NCBI RefSeq assembly: GCF_006345805.1
Contig: NC_043020.1
Span: 30,256,001 to 30,320,000 of the forward strand
Direction of reading: 5' to 3'
Length of the DNA: 64,000 nucleotides
Source: Octopus sinensis
Taxonomy: Eukaryota
Every line of letters begins with the position of its first letter. Position 1 is the stretch's first letter. The notes under the pieces were generated by a model. That model did no database searches and was not told the DNA's origin. It was given only the letters and a program-made list of their open reading frames with translations. This document shows positions 52,756-64,000 of the stretch, one piece after another. The translations under genes and the position numbers were made by a program.

Positions 52756-54614
52756 TGTGTGTCTGTGGGTAGGTTATATCACATAGTCTGGCATGGAACT
52801 GGAGAAGAAGGAGTTTAGTGGACAGCGGGGGGGGGAGAGAATAAAGAGTCAATGAAAGGTTTTTATGTATAAATAGTGGAGATGTGAGAGAAAGAGAGAG
52901 GGAGAGAGAGAGAGAGAGAGGGACGTAGAGGAAAAGAAAAGGGAAATGGGAAGAGAGAGAGGAGGGGAGAGGGGAGGAGGAGGAGGAGCATTATCGAGTT
53001 ATCACCATTGAATATATTTCTATTGGCCAGTGACTGACCAGTCGTTGTTGTTGTTGTCGTTATGAAGCTGATATAAAGGTCAAAGGTATGAAATGCGTAG
53101 CTTCAGGCTTCCAACACAGAAATTTCTTGACCATGATGAGAAAGATGGATGAAGCAGCAGTAGTAGTAGTAACAGTAACAACTAACTATCTTTGGAATCC
53201 TTCCAGAAGTGAGTCTGACCAACATTTTCCATTACATTATGTCAATATGTGTGTGTGTGTGTATATGAATATATATATAGTATGTATATATGTGTGTGTA
53301 TGTATATATATATATACACACACACATTTATACATACATATGTGTATGTGCATATATACATTATACATACATATATATACGTACATGTGTGTATGTGTCA
53401 GTGTGTGCATGCATGCATGTGTGTGTGTGTGTGTGTGCATGTATTGGACAGGACAGAAATCAATTCGGACTATAAAACACCACACTCCACACCATATCCA
53501 CCCCCTCCGCCCAACACACAACATCCCTGCCACCACCACCACCACCATTTCCACCAATCAACCAACCGACCGACTGACCAACCTGATTCCACTCCTGTCT
53601 ACCTCCTCACCAGCCCCCCCACTCCCTTCCACACCCACCGGCTGCTGCCAATTATTGCAGAAGCAATGAAGAGTAAGAGGAGAAGGAGGAGCTGAAGGAC
53701 ATGAAGGAGTAGGAGAGAATGATTGAAGTATGGCTACGCTAGTCTCTCAGTGTTTAGTTCCAGTTCTGTTTAGTATCTCTTCTGTCGCTTTCATGAGCTA
53801 CTCTTTACCTTTTGGTACACTGAGTCCTCTCTCTTAATCAGCTGACTCTTGAATCTCAGCTCAGTCGGTTCTCATTGAGCTTATCGCCTGACCCTCAAAC
53901 CTCAGTTCACACCAAGCTCCATCTGACTCCATGCAATGGCCACAAACTTTGGTTGTGTGGTTAAACCTTCCACTTTGCAACTTCATAGTTTCAGTTTCAA
54001 TCCCAATGTGTGAAACCTTGGCCAAAGTCTTCTCGACCAAACCTTTGTTAAGTGGAATTTGGTGGCCAGAAACTGTGCGCAAGTCTATTCTTGACAAATT
54101 GCCCATCCTTTCCTTCCCACCTGACCCCACTGTCTATATTCTCTCTCCCAGAAAGAGGGAATTTGCTGTGAGGAGTGGAAAAATCTAACATTTTACACAG
54201 AGTTCTCCTTCAAGCAAAGATTGACCAAAACAAAATTTTCTCATTTCCCAGGACAGGTTAATTCCAATATATATGTGTGTGTGTGTGTGTTGTGTAATTC
54301 TTGATCCAAAAGTGAAGATTGCATTTTAATGAAGGACTCAATACATTGCAAATGTAGTGTTATTTATTTTCTTTTCTAGAAAATGTATGTGACCCCTTGT
54401 GTCATACATAAAGTTGCTTCAATGTTCTCCCTTTTTCTGTAAGGGAACAAATATTTGTTTCTTGAGATAAAATGTGATAAAAACATTGAAACAACTTTTA
54501 TGTGATTTAAGGTCCTACACTCCAAATAAAAGTGTGTTTAGTGTGTGTGTTTAGACCTTGTGCCTAAATATGTTGTCGAAAGATCAAAACATCCATAAGA
54601 AAACTGATAGCACC

Positions 54615-55290
54615 TTCGTCCATCTGTCAATCTATTTGGAGGAGGGAGTACCTCACAGCTGTTACTCAGAAGAACTTTAATTAGAATCTGGAAGTAGGAA
54701 ACAGTCAAAGGCTTGGGAAAAGGGGATGGTGGGGGGCGGGGGTTTGCAAGTGCAGCCCTTAAAATTTGGGAGGGGGGAGTGCAGGGAAAACACTTTGAAC
54801 ATCTTCCTGAGAAACTTCACTGGATTTGGGTTTGCCCCCTGGAAGCTAATTGTGTTGCTGCACCCATGGAAGCAGTCCCTATTCTTGCCCAAGTCTTTCT
54901 TTATGAAAACATAAATCAACACAGAAGACAATATTTATTCATCCATCTGTCCATCCATAAGAACAAGGGAGTATCTCACTGCTGATACTCAGAGTAACTC
55001 TATTAACCCTGGGGCAGCAGAAAGCATCTCATATACTCCACCCTCCCCCACCTTTCATATCACAACATAAAAGAAAATCTCTCTCTCTCTCTCTCTCTCT
55101 CCATCTGTTCATCCCAAAGAACAAAGGAGTACCTCGTGGGTGCTACTCAGGGTAATGATATTTAGGCATTTGCAGGAGAAAGCAGTTCAGATTCTGCCCC
55201 ACCCCCACGCCCTTTTTATCCCCGACATCGACCAATAATCTTACCAGGGAGTATTTATTTATCCATCTGTCCCTCTATTTCCCTTGCAGT
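54615..55290. repeat. Degenerate tandem array with ~160 bp periodicity
   Basis: TCCATCTGT...GGAGTAYCTC...TACTCAG at about 54619, 54942 and 55100, and a partial unit at 55262. Confidence 0.7.
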
Positions 55291-56159
55291 CCCTTTATTA
55301 CTCTCGCATTACATTCTCCCTACGGTTTGGTTCTCTCTTTATTTGTGTTGCCACCACCACCACCACCACCGCCGTCGCAGCAGAATCCCCCACTGCCAAA
55401 GACAGCGGTAACTCCCCCACCATGCCCACAACAAACTACAGAAATAGTAAGACTATCCACACCACCACCACCACCACTAGTAGTATCACCCCCACCTCTG
55501 ACCAGCACTAATATCATCCAGCTACTGTCATCAAGACCACAAATAGCAAGGCATCCACCACCACCACCACCACCACCAATATCACCTCCACCTCCGCCAA
55601 CTTCCATCATGACCACAAACAACAACAAAATTAGTAAAGCTGTCACCACCACCACCACCATGATTATAAGCTATCATGACCATAACCACCACCACCACCA
55701 CCTCCTCTTCCACCACTAACAAAACTACTACCACCACCACCACCATCATCAAACCACTTCGCTCTCCTTCCCCTCCCTCACCGCCGCCTCTACAGCCCCC
55801 CCCCTCCCCATCATCGTGCTATTATTGATTATCAGACTGTATTCTGGCTCTGTGGCAATATTTCATTATCTCAATGGTTGCAATGTAATCTACCTTCATA
55901 TCAATAGCGTTACACACACACACTCACCTCCCACCTCACCATCCCACCCACCCCACACACACGCACACATATATATATATAGGCATAAATACATATATAC
56001 GTATGTATGTATAATTGTATGTACATATGTTGTATAGGTATGTGTGTGTGTATACAGAGGGATAAATTATAGATCCATATACATTTAGTAATTGTATAAA
56101 AGTAATCTATAAAACGCACGTATTTGAAATACTACACTGCAAACATATATACACTCACT

Positions 56160-56207
56160 TTCTAATTATGTGTACATTTGTGTGTGTGTGTATGTGTGTC
56201 TATGTAT

Positions 56208-56239
<32 letters not shown>

Positions 56240-56317
56240 GTATACATACATATATATAGATATATATATGTATACATACTTACATACATATATATATATG
56301 TATACATACATACATAG

Positions 56318-56364
<47 letters not shown>

Positions 56365-56695
56365 GTATACATACATACATACATAGATATATATGTATAC
56401 ATACATACATAGATATATATATATGTATACATACATACATACATATATATATATGTATTCATACATACATACATATATATATATGTATTCATACATACAT
56501 ACATATATATGTATACATACATATATATACATATATATGTATACATATATATATATATATATGTATACATACATATATATATATATATATGTATACATAC
56601 TTACATACATATATAGATATATATATGTATACATACATACATACATAGTATTATATATATGTATTACATACATACATATATATAGATATATATAA

Positions 56696-56732
<37 letters not shown>

Positions 56733-56740
56733 GGTACATG
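56160..56740. repeat. Compound (AT)/(ATAC) microsatellite with higher-order ~26-30 bp periodicity
   Basis: Recurrent TATATATATGTAT(A/T)CATACATACATACA blocks. Confidence 0.85.
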
Positions 56741-57182
56741 CACATACACGTGTGTGTGTGTGTTGTGCAGATTATTGTTACACATGTGATTGCCAAGCCA
56801 GTTCTAAAACGATGCATACACACATACATACATACATACATACATACACACATACACACACACATATGCACATATACACACACGTATACACAACACACAA
56901 ACACAGACACTTTATAATTATGCGTTCAATTCTATAGAATATAAAGATTGTACCTACATATACAATTGCACACGGAGTTCCCACAAATACACACGGACAC
57001 ACATGTCTTCGTGTGTATTTATGTATACAAACACACTTCAGTTTGCACACACACACACATATATACATATGGAAAGAGAGAAAGAGAGAGAGAGAGAAAT
57101 GGTGAAGGAGGCAATGAAAACTAGATATAATTAATATAGCCAATATATGAATGCCTGTATATATATGTATATATATATGATA

Positions 57183-57222
<40 letters not shown>

Positions 57223-57815
57223 TGAGAGAGAGAAAGAGAGAGAGAGAGGGAAAATGAGAGAGAGAGAGAGAGAGAGAGTAAGTGTGATAATTTGGAAGAG
57301 TTCTGTGATAGAGTAATGAAACAGTTACTTTGATAATAGGAGGTGCAGGCAGAGAACATTTTGAAGGAGAAGTAGTAGGAGGATGGAGGAGGAGGTAGTG
57401 TAGGTAGGAAGGTTTGGGGGGAGGAGGAGGGGTGGATTTAAAGAACAAACGGTGGGTGGGGAGGGAGGGAGGGAGGGAGATGAAAGGGAAGGGGGGGGAG
57501 GAGGGGGAAGAGTATTAGAACAATCTGAATATTGCAAAACAAAACACAAGTGGAGAGGAGGAGGAGGAGGAATGAGAGAGATTTAAATTAAAATATACAT
57601 AAATATGTATGTATGTACATGTGTGTGTGTGTGTATATGTAAATGTATGTATGTATATATATTTATATGCAAATGTATGTGTGGAATAAATAAAGACAGA
57701 AAAGTTAATGAATGTTATTTTATCTCTTTTTTTTTTTTGAAAAAATTTCTTTTTTTAAAAATTGTGCAAATAAACTGTAGCAAAATATCTTTAAAAAAAA
57801 CTTGTCAAAACAACA

Positions 57816-57848
<33 letters not shown>

Positions 57849-58739
57849 GAAATAACAAAACCAGTATCTTTGTGTTTGTGTGTATATGCATGTGTATATG
57901 TTATGTATGTATGTATGTATATATATATATATATAAATATGTATATATAAATATGTATATACTCTTGAACATAAAAATATTTGAAAATTATACACACATA
58001 CATACGGACATACAGAAATGGAGAGAGAGAGAGAAAGAGAGAGGGAGAGATGGAGGGGAAGAGAAAGAAATCTAAAATCTGAATCGAGAAAAAAAAAATA
58101 CCAATTTCTGAATTTAATTTATCAATATAATTTAGTTTCAGTCATAATTCACACCACCACCACCACCACCACTTCTACCACAAACTTCCACACTGTCACC
58201 ACCCTACCACCATCACCACCACCACCATCATAATAATAATTATTAACATTATAAAAATTCCACATCACCACTGCCACCTTTCCACACCACCACCGATACT
58301 AACACCACCACCACTTCTACCACAAACTTCCACACTGTCACCATCCTACCACCACCACCACCACCACCACCACCCAGTTACTGCTACCACAATCATTAGG
58401 CGACTCTTCAAGGTCACCCAACTTGCTAGAAATAACAGTCAAGTCCCTCTCAAATCTTAACCCTTTTTCAGGAGACTGTTCATGGTCATCTGAATTGTTA
58501 GAAACAACAGCCAAGTCTTGTTGGAATTTCATTTCATCACCTTAGAAACATCCAAAGACATTTTAAGGTCACTGAACTTGCCAGAAATATTTCGCCTCCT
58601 TCAAATTCCGACCAATCATCTTAATTGCATAAAAGAAGTTTAATGGTTGTACGGAATTGGTAAGGGAATCTTCTTGCTGTATTTAGTTTAGCATGAGGGA
58701 TTATGAGGGATTACCAGAAACTCCTGGTCTGGCAGGGTT

Positions 58740-59150
58740 ATCAGGGAGTTGTGCCAATCTGAGACAAAATCTCCGGACACAGGAATGCTGTTGGCCGGTT
58801 CTGTCCAAGAAGCACACATAGCAACAAAATGGTTCTTCTTTCATGTTTGAACACTTCTGACTGATGGCTTTTTTTTTTTTACCAAACGACCATTGTTTCT
58901 GTAGAAGAGATCCAGCAATTCCTTGTGGTTTTCCTTCGAGTGGGAAGGGCAGGACATTTTCCTCCACTGGAGGATACAGTGAAAGATGTTGAGGGAGATG
59001 AATAAGTTGATGGCTTGGCCAAGGACCCTTTGATCTTTGTCCAAGATTCCACCCACTTTTACAAGTTCCACTTGGAGTGAAAGGCAATGGTGGAGAAGGC
59101 TGTGCTGCCCTCTGGTAAATTCAACAGAAAGTGGTTGAGAGCAAGAAGGT
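58740..59150 (+). mobile_element. Probable Tx1/L1-clade LINE ORF2 3' remnant, decayed
   Basis: Broken frames give a degenerate zinc-knuckle-like stretch (GRFCPRS...MVL..SC) and FYKFHLE*KAMVEKAVLPSGKFNRKW, resembling Tx1-type C-termini from memory. Contains stops and frameshifts. Confidence 0.5.
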
Positions 59151-59435
59151 TGCTTCCTAACCACAAGGTTCAAGGTTCAGTCCCACTGCGTGGCACCTTG
59201 GGAAAATGACTTCTATTATAGCCTGGATTTGGTATATGGAAACTGAAAGAAGCTCGTCATATATGTGTGTGTTTGGTGTGTTTATGTTCCTGTAACTTAG
59301 TGGTTCAGCAAAAGAGACCAATACAGTAAGTACCAGGCTAAAAAAAAAGGAAATATTGGGGTCAATTCATTCAACTAAAACTTTTTCAAGGCAGTGCTCC
59401 AGCATGGCCAGTCTAATAACTGAAACAAGTAAAAA
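59150..59435 (+). mobile_element. SINE family A with internal deletions
   Basis: Head GGTTCAGTCCCACTGCGTGGCACCTTGGG; tail GAAACAAGTAAAA. Confidence 0.8.
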
Positions 59436-59764
59436 AAAGGAGGGGGGGGGGCTAAAGGGGCTATTCCTAGCTTCCTAGCATGCATTGCCCTTAAAGGTCA
59501 AGGAGCTAGAGAAGAGTGGTGGGGGGTCCTTATCCTTGCTAACCAAGGCAATCTAGTATGTGTGGGGTTGCTGCATGGCACCAAAATAACTCCTCTTGAG
59601 ACTTTACCAAATCACCATCCTTGCCTTCATCTTCATCTTCCAGTTCATTTATTGTTTTACCTCATTCAATTTCTATGCAATCCTTACTCACCATTTTTAT
59701 CCTGTCCATGTTGTGTCCCCCTCAACTGTGGCAAATGAAACACAAGTCTGTTGTTGTTATAATT

Positions 59765-60200
59765 AAGATGGCAAGCGGGCAGAATCGTTAGCACACTGGG
59801 CAAAATGCTTGGAAGCATTTTGCTTGTCTGCATGTTCTGAGTTCAAATTTCACTGAGGTTGACTTTACCTTTCATCTTTTCAAGGGCAATAGAATAAGTA
59901 CCAGTTATGCACTGGGGTCAATGTAATCAACTTACCCCCACCCCTGAAATTGCTGGCCTTGTGTCAAAGTTAGAAACCAACATTATTATTCCTATCAAGA
60001 TGGCAAGCTAGCAGAAGCAATGAGCACACTGGGACAAAATGCTGGACAGTGTGTCTCCTGGCTTTTGTTTCAAATTCCACAGAGGTCAGCTTTGTTTGTC
60101 ATCCATTCAGGGTCAACAAAATAGGGGCTGGTTGAACGCTTGGGTTGATGTAATTAACCAACCCCATCTTCCTTGAATTTCTGGTCTGTGTCAAAATTTG
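59765..60200 (+). mobile_element. Two adjacent family E SINEs
   Basis: AAGATGGCAAGC.GGCAGAA heads at about 59765 and 59998. Confidence 0.78.
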
Positions 60201-61577
60201 AAACCCTGGTGGCAAGCTGACAGAAGCGTTTGTGCATCGAGCAAAATGTTTTGTGGCATTTTTTTCTGTTTTTTCTATGACCCAAGTTCTGATTTTGACC
60301 CGTGACCAATTTTTCCTTTTGTGCAGGGCAGCAAGCCCACAGCCACATTATCCAAAGTAGAGTGGGATCGAAGAGATTTAGTTGTTATTTCTAGCACATC
60401 GAACCACCATAGATAGATTTCATCAACTTGCCCCTCAGGTGAAAGAAGAACCTTGCAGGTGTGGAGGGGGGAAGAGAAGGAGGAAGTGGATTAAGGGATG
60501 GGGAGAAGGTAGAGTTAATGACACTGGAAAAAGAGAGTGACAAGGAATAAGAGTTGGTGGTGGTGGTGGTGTGAGGAGTGAAAGTGAAATATGAGGTGGA
60601 CAGATAAGAGAGATTAGAAAGCAGAGGATGTAATAGAGTCAGAGTAAATTATCAGGTGGGGGTGGGTGGGGGGTATTATATAGGTAAGGGGGAAGGGTGG
60701 AGGAAGACAGAAGGGGAAGAATAAAGAGAAGAGATTAAATCTGGGTTGTGAGATAGAGGAGGGAGGGAGAGAAAGAGGAGGAGGAGGAAGAGGAGCAATA
60801 AGATGAACTCAGAGATATAAAAGAGTAAAAAGCAGGATGAGGGCTGGACGAAGAGTTAAATGGATAATTAATGAGGTTGACTTTGGCATCAGGTTTGAAA
60901 TGTTTACAAAGCAGAGGGAACTGCATACACACAAATACATACACACACACACATATATATATAATTCTATTAGTATGATAAACACAAAATGCAGTTGATG
61001 CTGTTTGTTCCCTACGCCTGTTTCGCTATTGTGGCTATTTGCTTTACTCTGCAGTGAATATTCATAGAACAATTGGATGCAGATCCACAACTGTTCTCCT
61101 GGGAAACACTTTACTACATTATGTTGACACAGATTAAATGCTATATGCAATATATTTAAGCCACAATATACAGATTCTGGGCCCCTACATTAATGGGAGC
61201 AGTCACTGCAAGTTTTGCATAGCTGAGTGAGCAAGGATCCTCATAGACTCCCTGAAGCCAGGATTACTGTACTCTCACCAGCAAATGCTACCTACTGCAA
61301 GTATGGGATTCTCTGTTCTTTGATTATATCTGGAAAGATCCTTATGAATTAAAAGCAGCCTGAGGGAAAAACTCCCTGTTCATCGTCTTTTGGCCCAGAT
61401 GAACTGGTCTAAGGAAGATAACCTATCCTTGCCAACCTGGATTGTTTATTCTTTGGTTGCTTACTAATTAACTGACCGTAACAGATTCTTGCCTTCAATA
61501 GTCGAAGTGTTATATTTATTTGTCTTTGACTTTAGACTCTGATGAGCCATCACTTTATGACCAGACACAGACTTAAC

Positions 61578-61619
<42 letters not shown>

Positions 61620-62014
61620 AATGCATACATTTGAATAGAAGTATGTTATTTGTCCAGTACCATTGGTTTCCTGTAGAAATTCCTACATTTTATTCAACTG
61701 GAAGTCGAACTGTGAAAGACATCCATGAAATAAATGGCAGAGTGTCACTTGACATTCGAATTCTGGAAGAATGCCATTTACACATCAAATTCATGCTTGA
61801 TCTAATGGTTAGGGATTTGCATTTGCGATTGTCAGATTGTGGATTCGATTCCCAGACTGGGCAGTGTGTTGTGTTCCTGAGGATTTTATGCTGCTCAGTT
61901 GCTGTGGGGAAGGGGACGGGCATGTCAAAGAGCAGACCCAACATTTCCTCTGCAGGTCATGAAAGGCGACTGAAAGAGGTTGAGGCAGGAAACCAAACAG
62001 TGATATTTTGAAAC

Positions 62015-62094
62015 CATTCAATACGTGTGTTTCAGGTCAGTGAGATAATATAATAGGAAATGCATCCATTACGTGAAACCTTCCTCAGTTAATG
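62015..62094 (-). ncRNA. Candidate minimal type I hammerhead ribozyme (Penelope/retrozyme type)
   Basis: Minus strand reads CATTAA-CTGAGGA-AGGTT...GACCT-GAAAC-ACAC-GTA-TTGAATG. All core nucleotides are present, stems I and II can form, and helix III is the one-pair capped type. Confidence 0.55.
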
Positions 62095-62604
62095 TGTGTG
62101 TGTGTGTGCATATATATATATATATAAAGACAAATGAAACAAGGAAAAGTGATAGGTTGACATTTTGGAAAAACTCTTTATCAAAATGGAATTAAAAAAT
62201 AAACAAAAGAAAATAAACAATACTTGTTTAAAGCATGCATGTATCTTTCAACTACATGCTGTGTAGAATGTTGTGTGTGTGTGTGTGTGTGTGTATGTAC
62301 ATATATTCATATGTATATGTATGTCTCTCTCTGTATAAATATATATATATATGTATGTATGTATGTATATTTGTGTGTGCGTGTGTGTGTATTTTTGTTT
62401 ACTTTGGCACATGATGTGCTGACTGAAGATGATAGCATTTATAACAGTTGTTCATTATTTCAATTAATCAATCAACGGACTGAGTAAACGAAGCCAAGAA
62501 TGCACCTCAAATGCATAACAATAACAGCTGTAAGTCAACAAGGCACAAATAAATGTACAAAGCCCATTATTAATGCCTTTTCTGAGATATGCACAGATAT
62601 ATAT

Positions 62605-62930
62605 CATCATCGTTTAATGTCTGTTTTCCATGCTAGCATGGGTTGGACAGTTCAACTGGGGTCTGGGAAGCCAGAAGGCTGCACCAGGCTCCAATCTGAT
62701 CTGGCAGTGTTTCTACAGCTGGATACCTTTCCTAACGCCAACCACTCCGTGAGTGTAGTGGGTGCTTTTTACGTGCCACCTGCACAGGTGCCAGACGGGG
62801 CTGGCAAACAGCCATGATTGGATGGTGCTTTTTACGTGCCACCAGCTCGGGGGCCAGGCGAGGCTGGCAATGGCCACAATCGGATGGTGCTTTTTACGTG
62901 TCACTGGCACAGAGGCCAGTCGGGGCAGCG
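62605..62930 (-). mobile_element. SINE family C with 3 internal tandem units, back-to-back with a family A copy
   Basis: Tail CATCATCGTTTAATG. GTGCTTTTTACGTG units start near 62763, 62826 and 62887. Confidence 0.85.
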
Positions 62931-62934
62931 CTCA

Positions 62935-63303
62935 GCGCAGGAGTGGCTGTGTGGTAAGTAGCTTGCTTACCAACCACATGGTTCCTGGTTAAGTCCCACA
63001 GTGTGGAACCTTCGCCAAGTGTCTTCTACTATAACCCTGGGCTGATCAAAGCCTTGTGAGTGGATTTGGTAGACGGAAACTGGAAAAAGCCCATATATTT
63101 ATATACATATTTGTGTGTCTGTGTTTGTACCCCCACCATCACTTGACAACCGATGTTGGTGTGTTTATGTCCCTGTAACTTAGCAGTTTGGCAAAAGAGA
63201 GCACTAGAATAAGTATTAGAAGTCCTGGGTCAAATTGTTTGACTAAAGGCGGCGCTCCAGCATGGCGGCAGTCAAAATGACCTAAACAAGTAAAAGAATA
63301 AAA
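62935..63303 (+). mobile_element. SINE family A, full length
   Basis: GGAGTGGCTGTGTGGTAAGTAGC through AAGTAAAAGAATAAAAG. Confidence 0.88.
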
Positions 63304-63345
<42 letters not shown>

Positions 63346-63790
63346 GATAATGAATGAAATTATTGTGTATAGTGCCCAGGTGCTCTACAACTCATTAAAG
63401 GTGCATGTACAGCATGTAGAATTATGTAGAAAAGTCAGGAAAGTGAACAGTGTATGAGCCATGATATACAGGTGTGCATGCATTTGGATGGGGAGGGTAT
63501 CAGGTGTAGTGTTGGCGAATTTCAGGAAGCATGGTGGTTTTAAAGGATGCAATGTCTGAGCAACTAACAACTGATACCGGAAGTTTGTTCCATGCTTCAG
63601 CAACTCTGAGTGTGAAAAAATGTTTCCAAAAGTCATGAGAGCTGTGCTGTTTTCTTTGTAGGCATGGCCACATGTGTTAGACACATGGAGCTTAAAAAGG
63701 TGCCCAAAGTGGTTGTTGACACAGTGGTTAATAATTTTGTTGGGGTTTACCAAGTCAGTTGCCAGATGTTGGAGCACGTGTGAGTGTGTG
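63346..63790 (-). mobile_element. CR1-clade LINE 3' remnant with 3' UTR
   Basis: With one frameshift the minus strand reads GHAYK / KQHSSHDFWKHFFTLRVAEAWNKLPVSVVSCSDIASFK, the CR1 FF-RV--WN-LP---FK C-terminal motif. It ends in an (ATTC)-type tail near 63350. Confidence 0.82.
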
Positions 63791-64000
63791 TGTGTGTGTA
63801 GGTATGTATATATATATATTGTTGACATCATAAGGAGTTAGCAACTTTGAGAACATGAAAGAAGAATGCATTTTTGGAGTTGCGAATCTCAAAGTAAATA
63901 AAACTATGAAAAATAACATGGAAACATTGGGTTAAAAACCCCTTGGATAGAAAAAGTCAAAGGCTGCTTGTAGGGCATGGGGGAGGGGTGTGTGTGAGAG

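Larger units (their letters stand above)
1..64000. repeat. Very high density of microsatellites: (AT)n, (CA/TG)n, (GA/TC)n, (ATAC)n, (ATAG)n, (CAC)n, (AAC)n, (AAT)n, (GAT)n
   Basis: Present throughout, e.g. (GA)n at 12715-12770, 29967-30031 and 45713-45780; (AT)n at 2006-2043 and 22194-22240. These explain nearly all ORFs in the track. Confidence 0.98.

Noticed and set aside
57410-57510. G-run clusters as special G-quadruplex elements (also 31210-31290, 39185-39220, 60655-60720)
   Set aside because: They are common low-complexity purine tracts in this sequence, with nothing locus-specific.
59686-59694. ATG|GTGAGT on the minus strand as MPND first exon
   Set aside because: It is phase 0 and would splice out of frame to 17999 (stop after six further codons).
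61005-61056. Minus-strand GAAAC-AGGC-GTA hammerhead half
   Set aside because: The upstream core is CTGCAGA, and neither stem I nor stem II pairs.
61535-61580. CTGATGAGCC...GACAC hammerhead-like motif
   Set aside because: Lacks GAAAC and a cleavage triplet; at best a heavily decayed relic.
61631-62011. 126 aa ORF next to the hammerhead candidate
   Set aside because: It runs through a SINE head (about 61800-61890) and shows no RT or GIY-YIG motif.
63385-63831. 148 aa ORF as a host gene
   Set aside because: It overlaps the frameshifted CR1 remnant; the conserved motifs lie partly in another frame.

Overview
AT-rich, microsatellite-saturated animal genomic DNA. The dense tRNA-headed SINE families suggest a coleoid cephalopod such as Octopus (inference from recognition, not from a search). 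The only supportable host gene is on the minus strand: two consecutive coding exons of an MPND orthologue, 17999-17182 and 1335-1189, joined by a 15.8 kb phase-0 GT-AG intron. Together they encode a long Glu/Asn/Gln-rich N-terminus followed by the RAMA domain. The 5' exon(s) were not located with confidence, and the MPN/JAMM exons should lie left of the window. The rest is intronic or intergenic: several SINE families, 3' remnants of RTE, CR1 and probably Tx1/L1 LINEs, TTAA-flanked piggyBac-like MITEs, and simple repeats. The most unusual signals are a minimal type I hammerhead-ribozyme-like motif with an intact core (62015-62094, minus), a 310 bp fold-back whose two arms each carry a hammerhead-like core (24689-24998), a second 250 bp palindrome (50954-51200), a near-identical 440 bp tandem duplication (5011-5833) and two degenerate nucleosome-sized tandem arrays. 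No rRNA, true tRNA or CRISPR array is supported. Repeat boundaries are read by eye and approximate.
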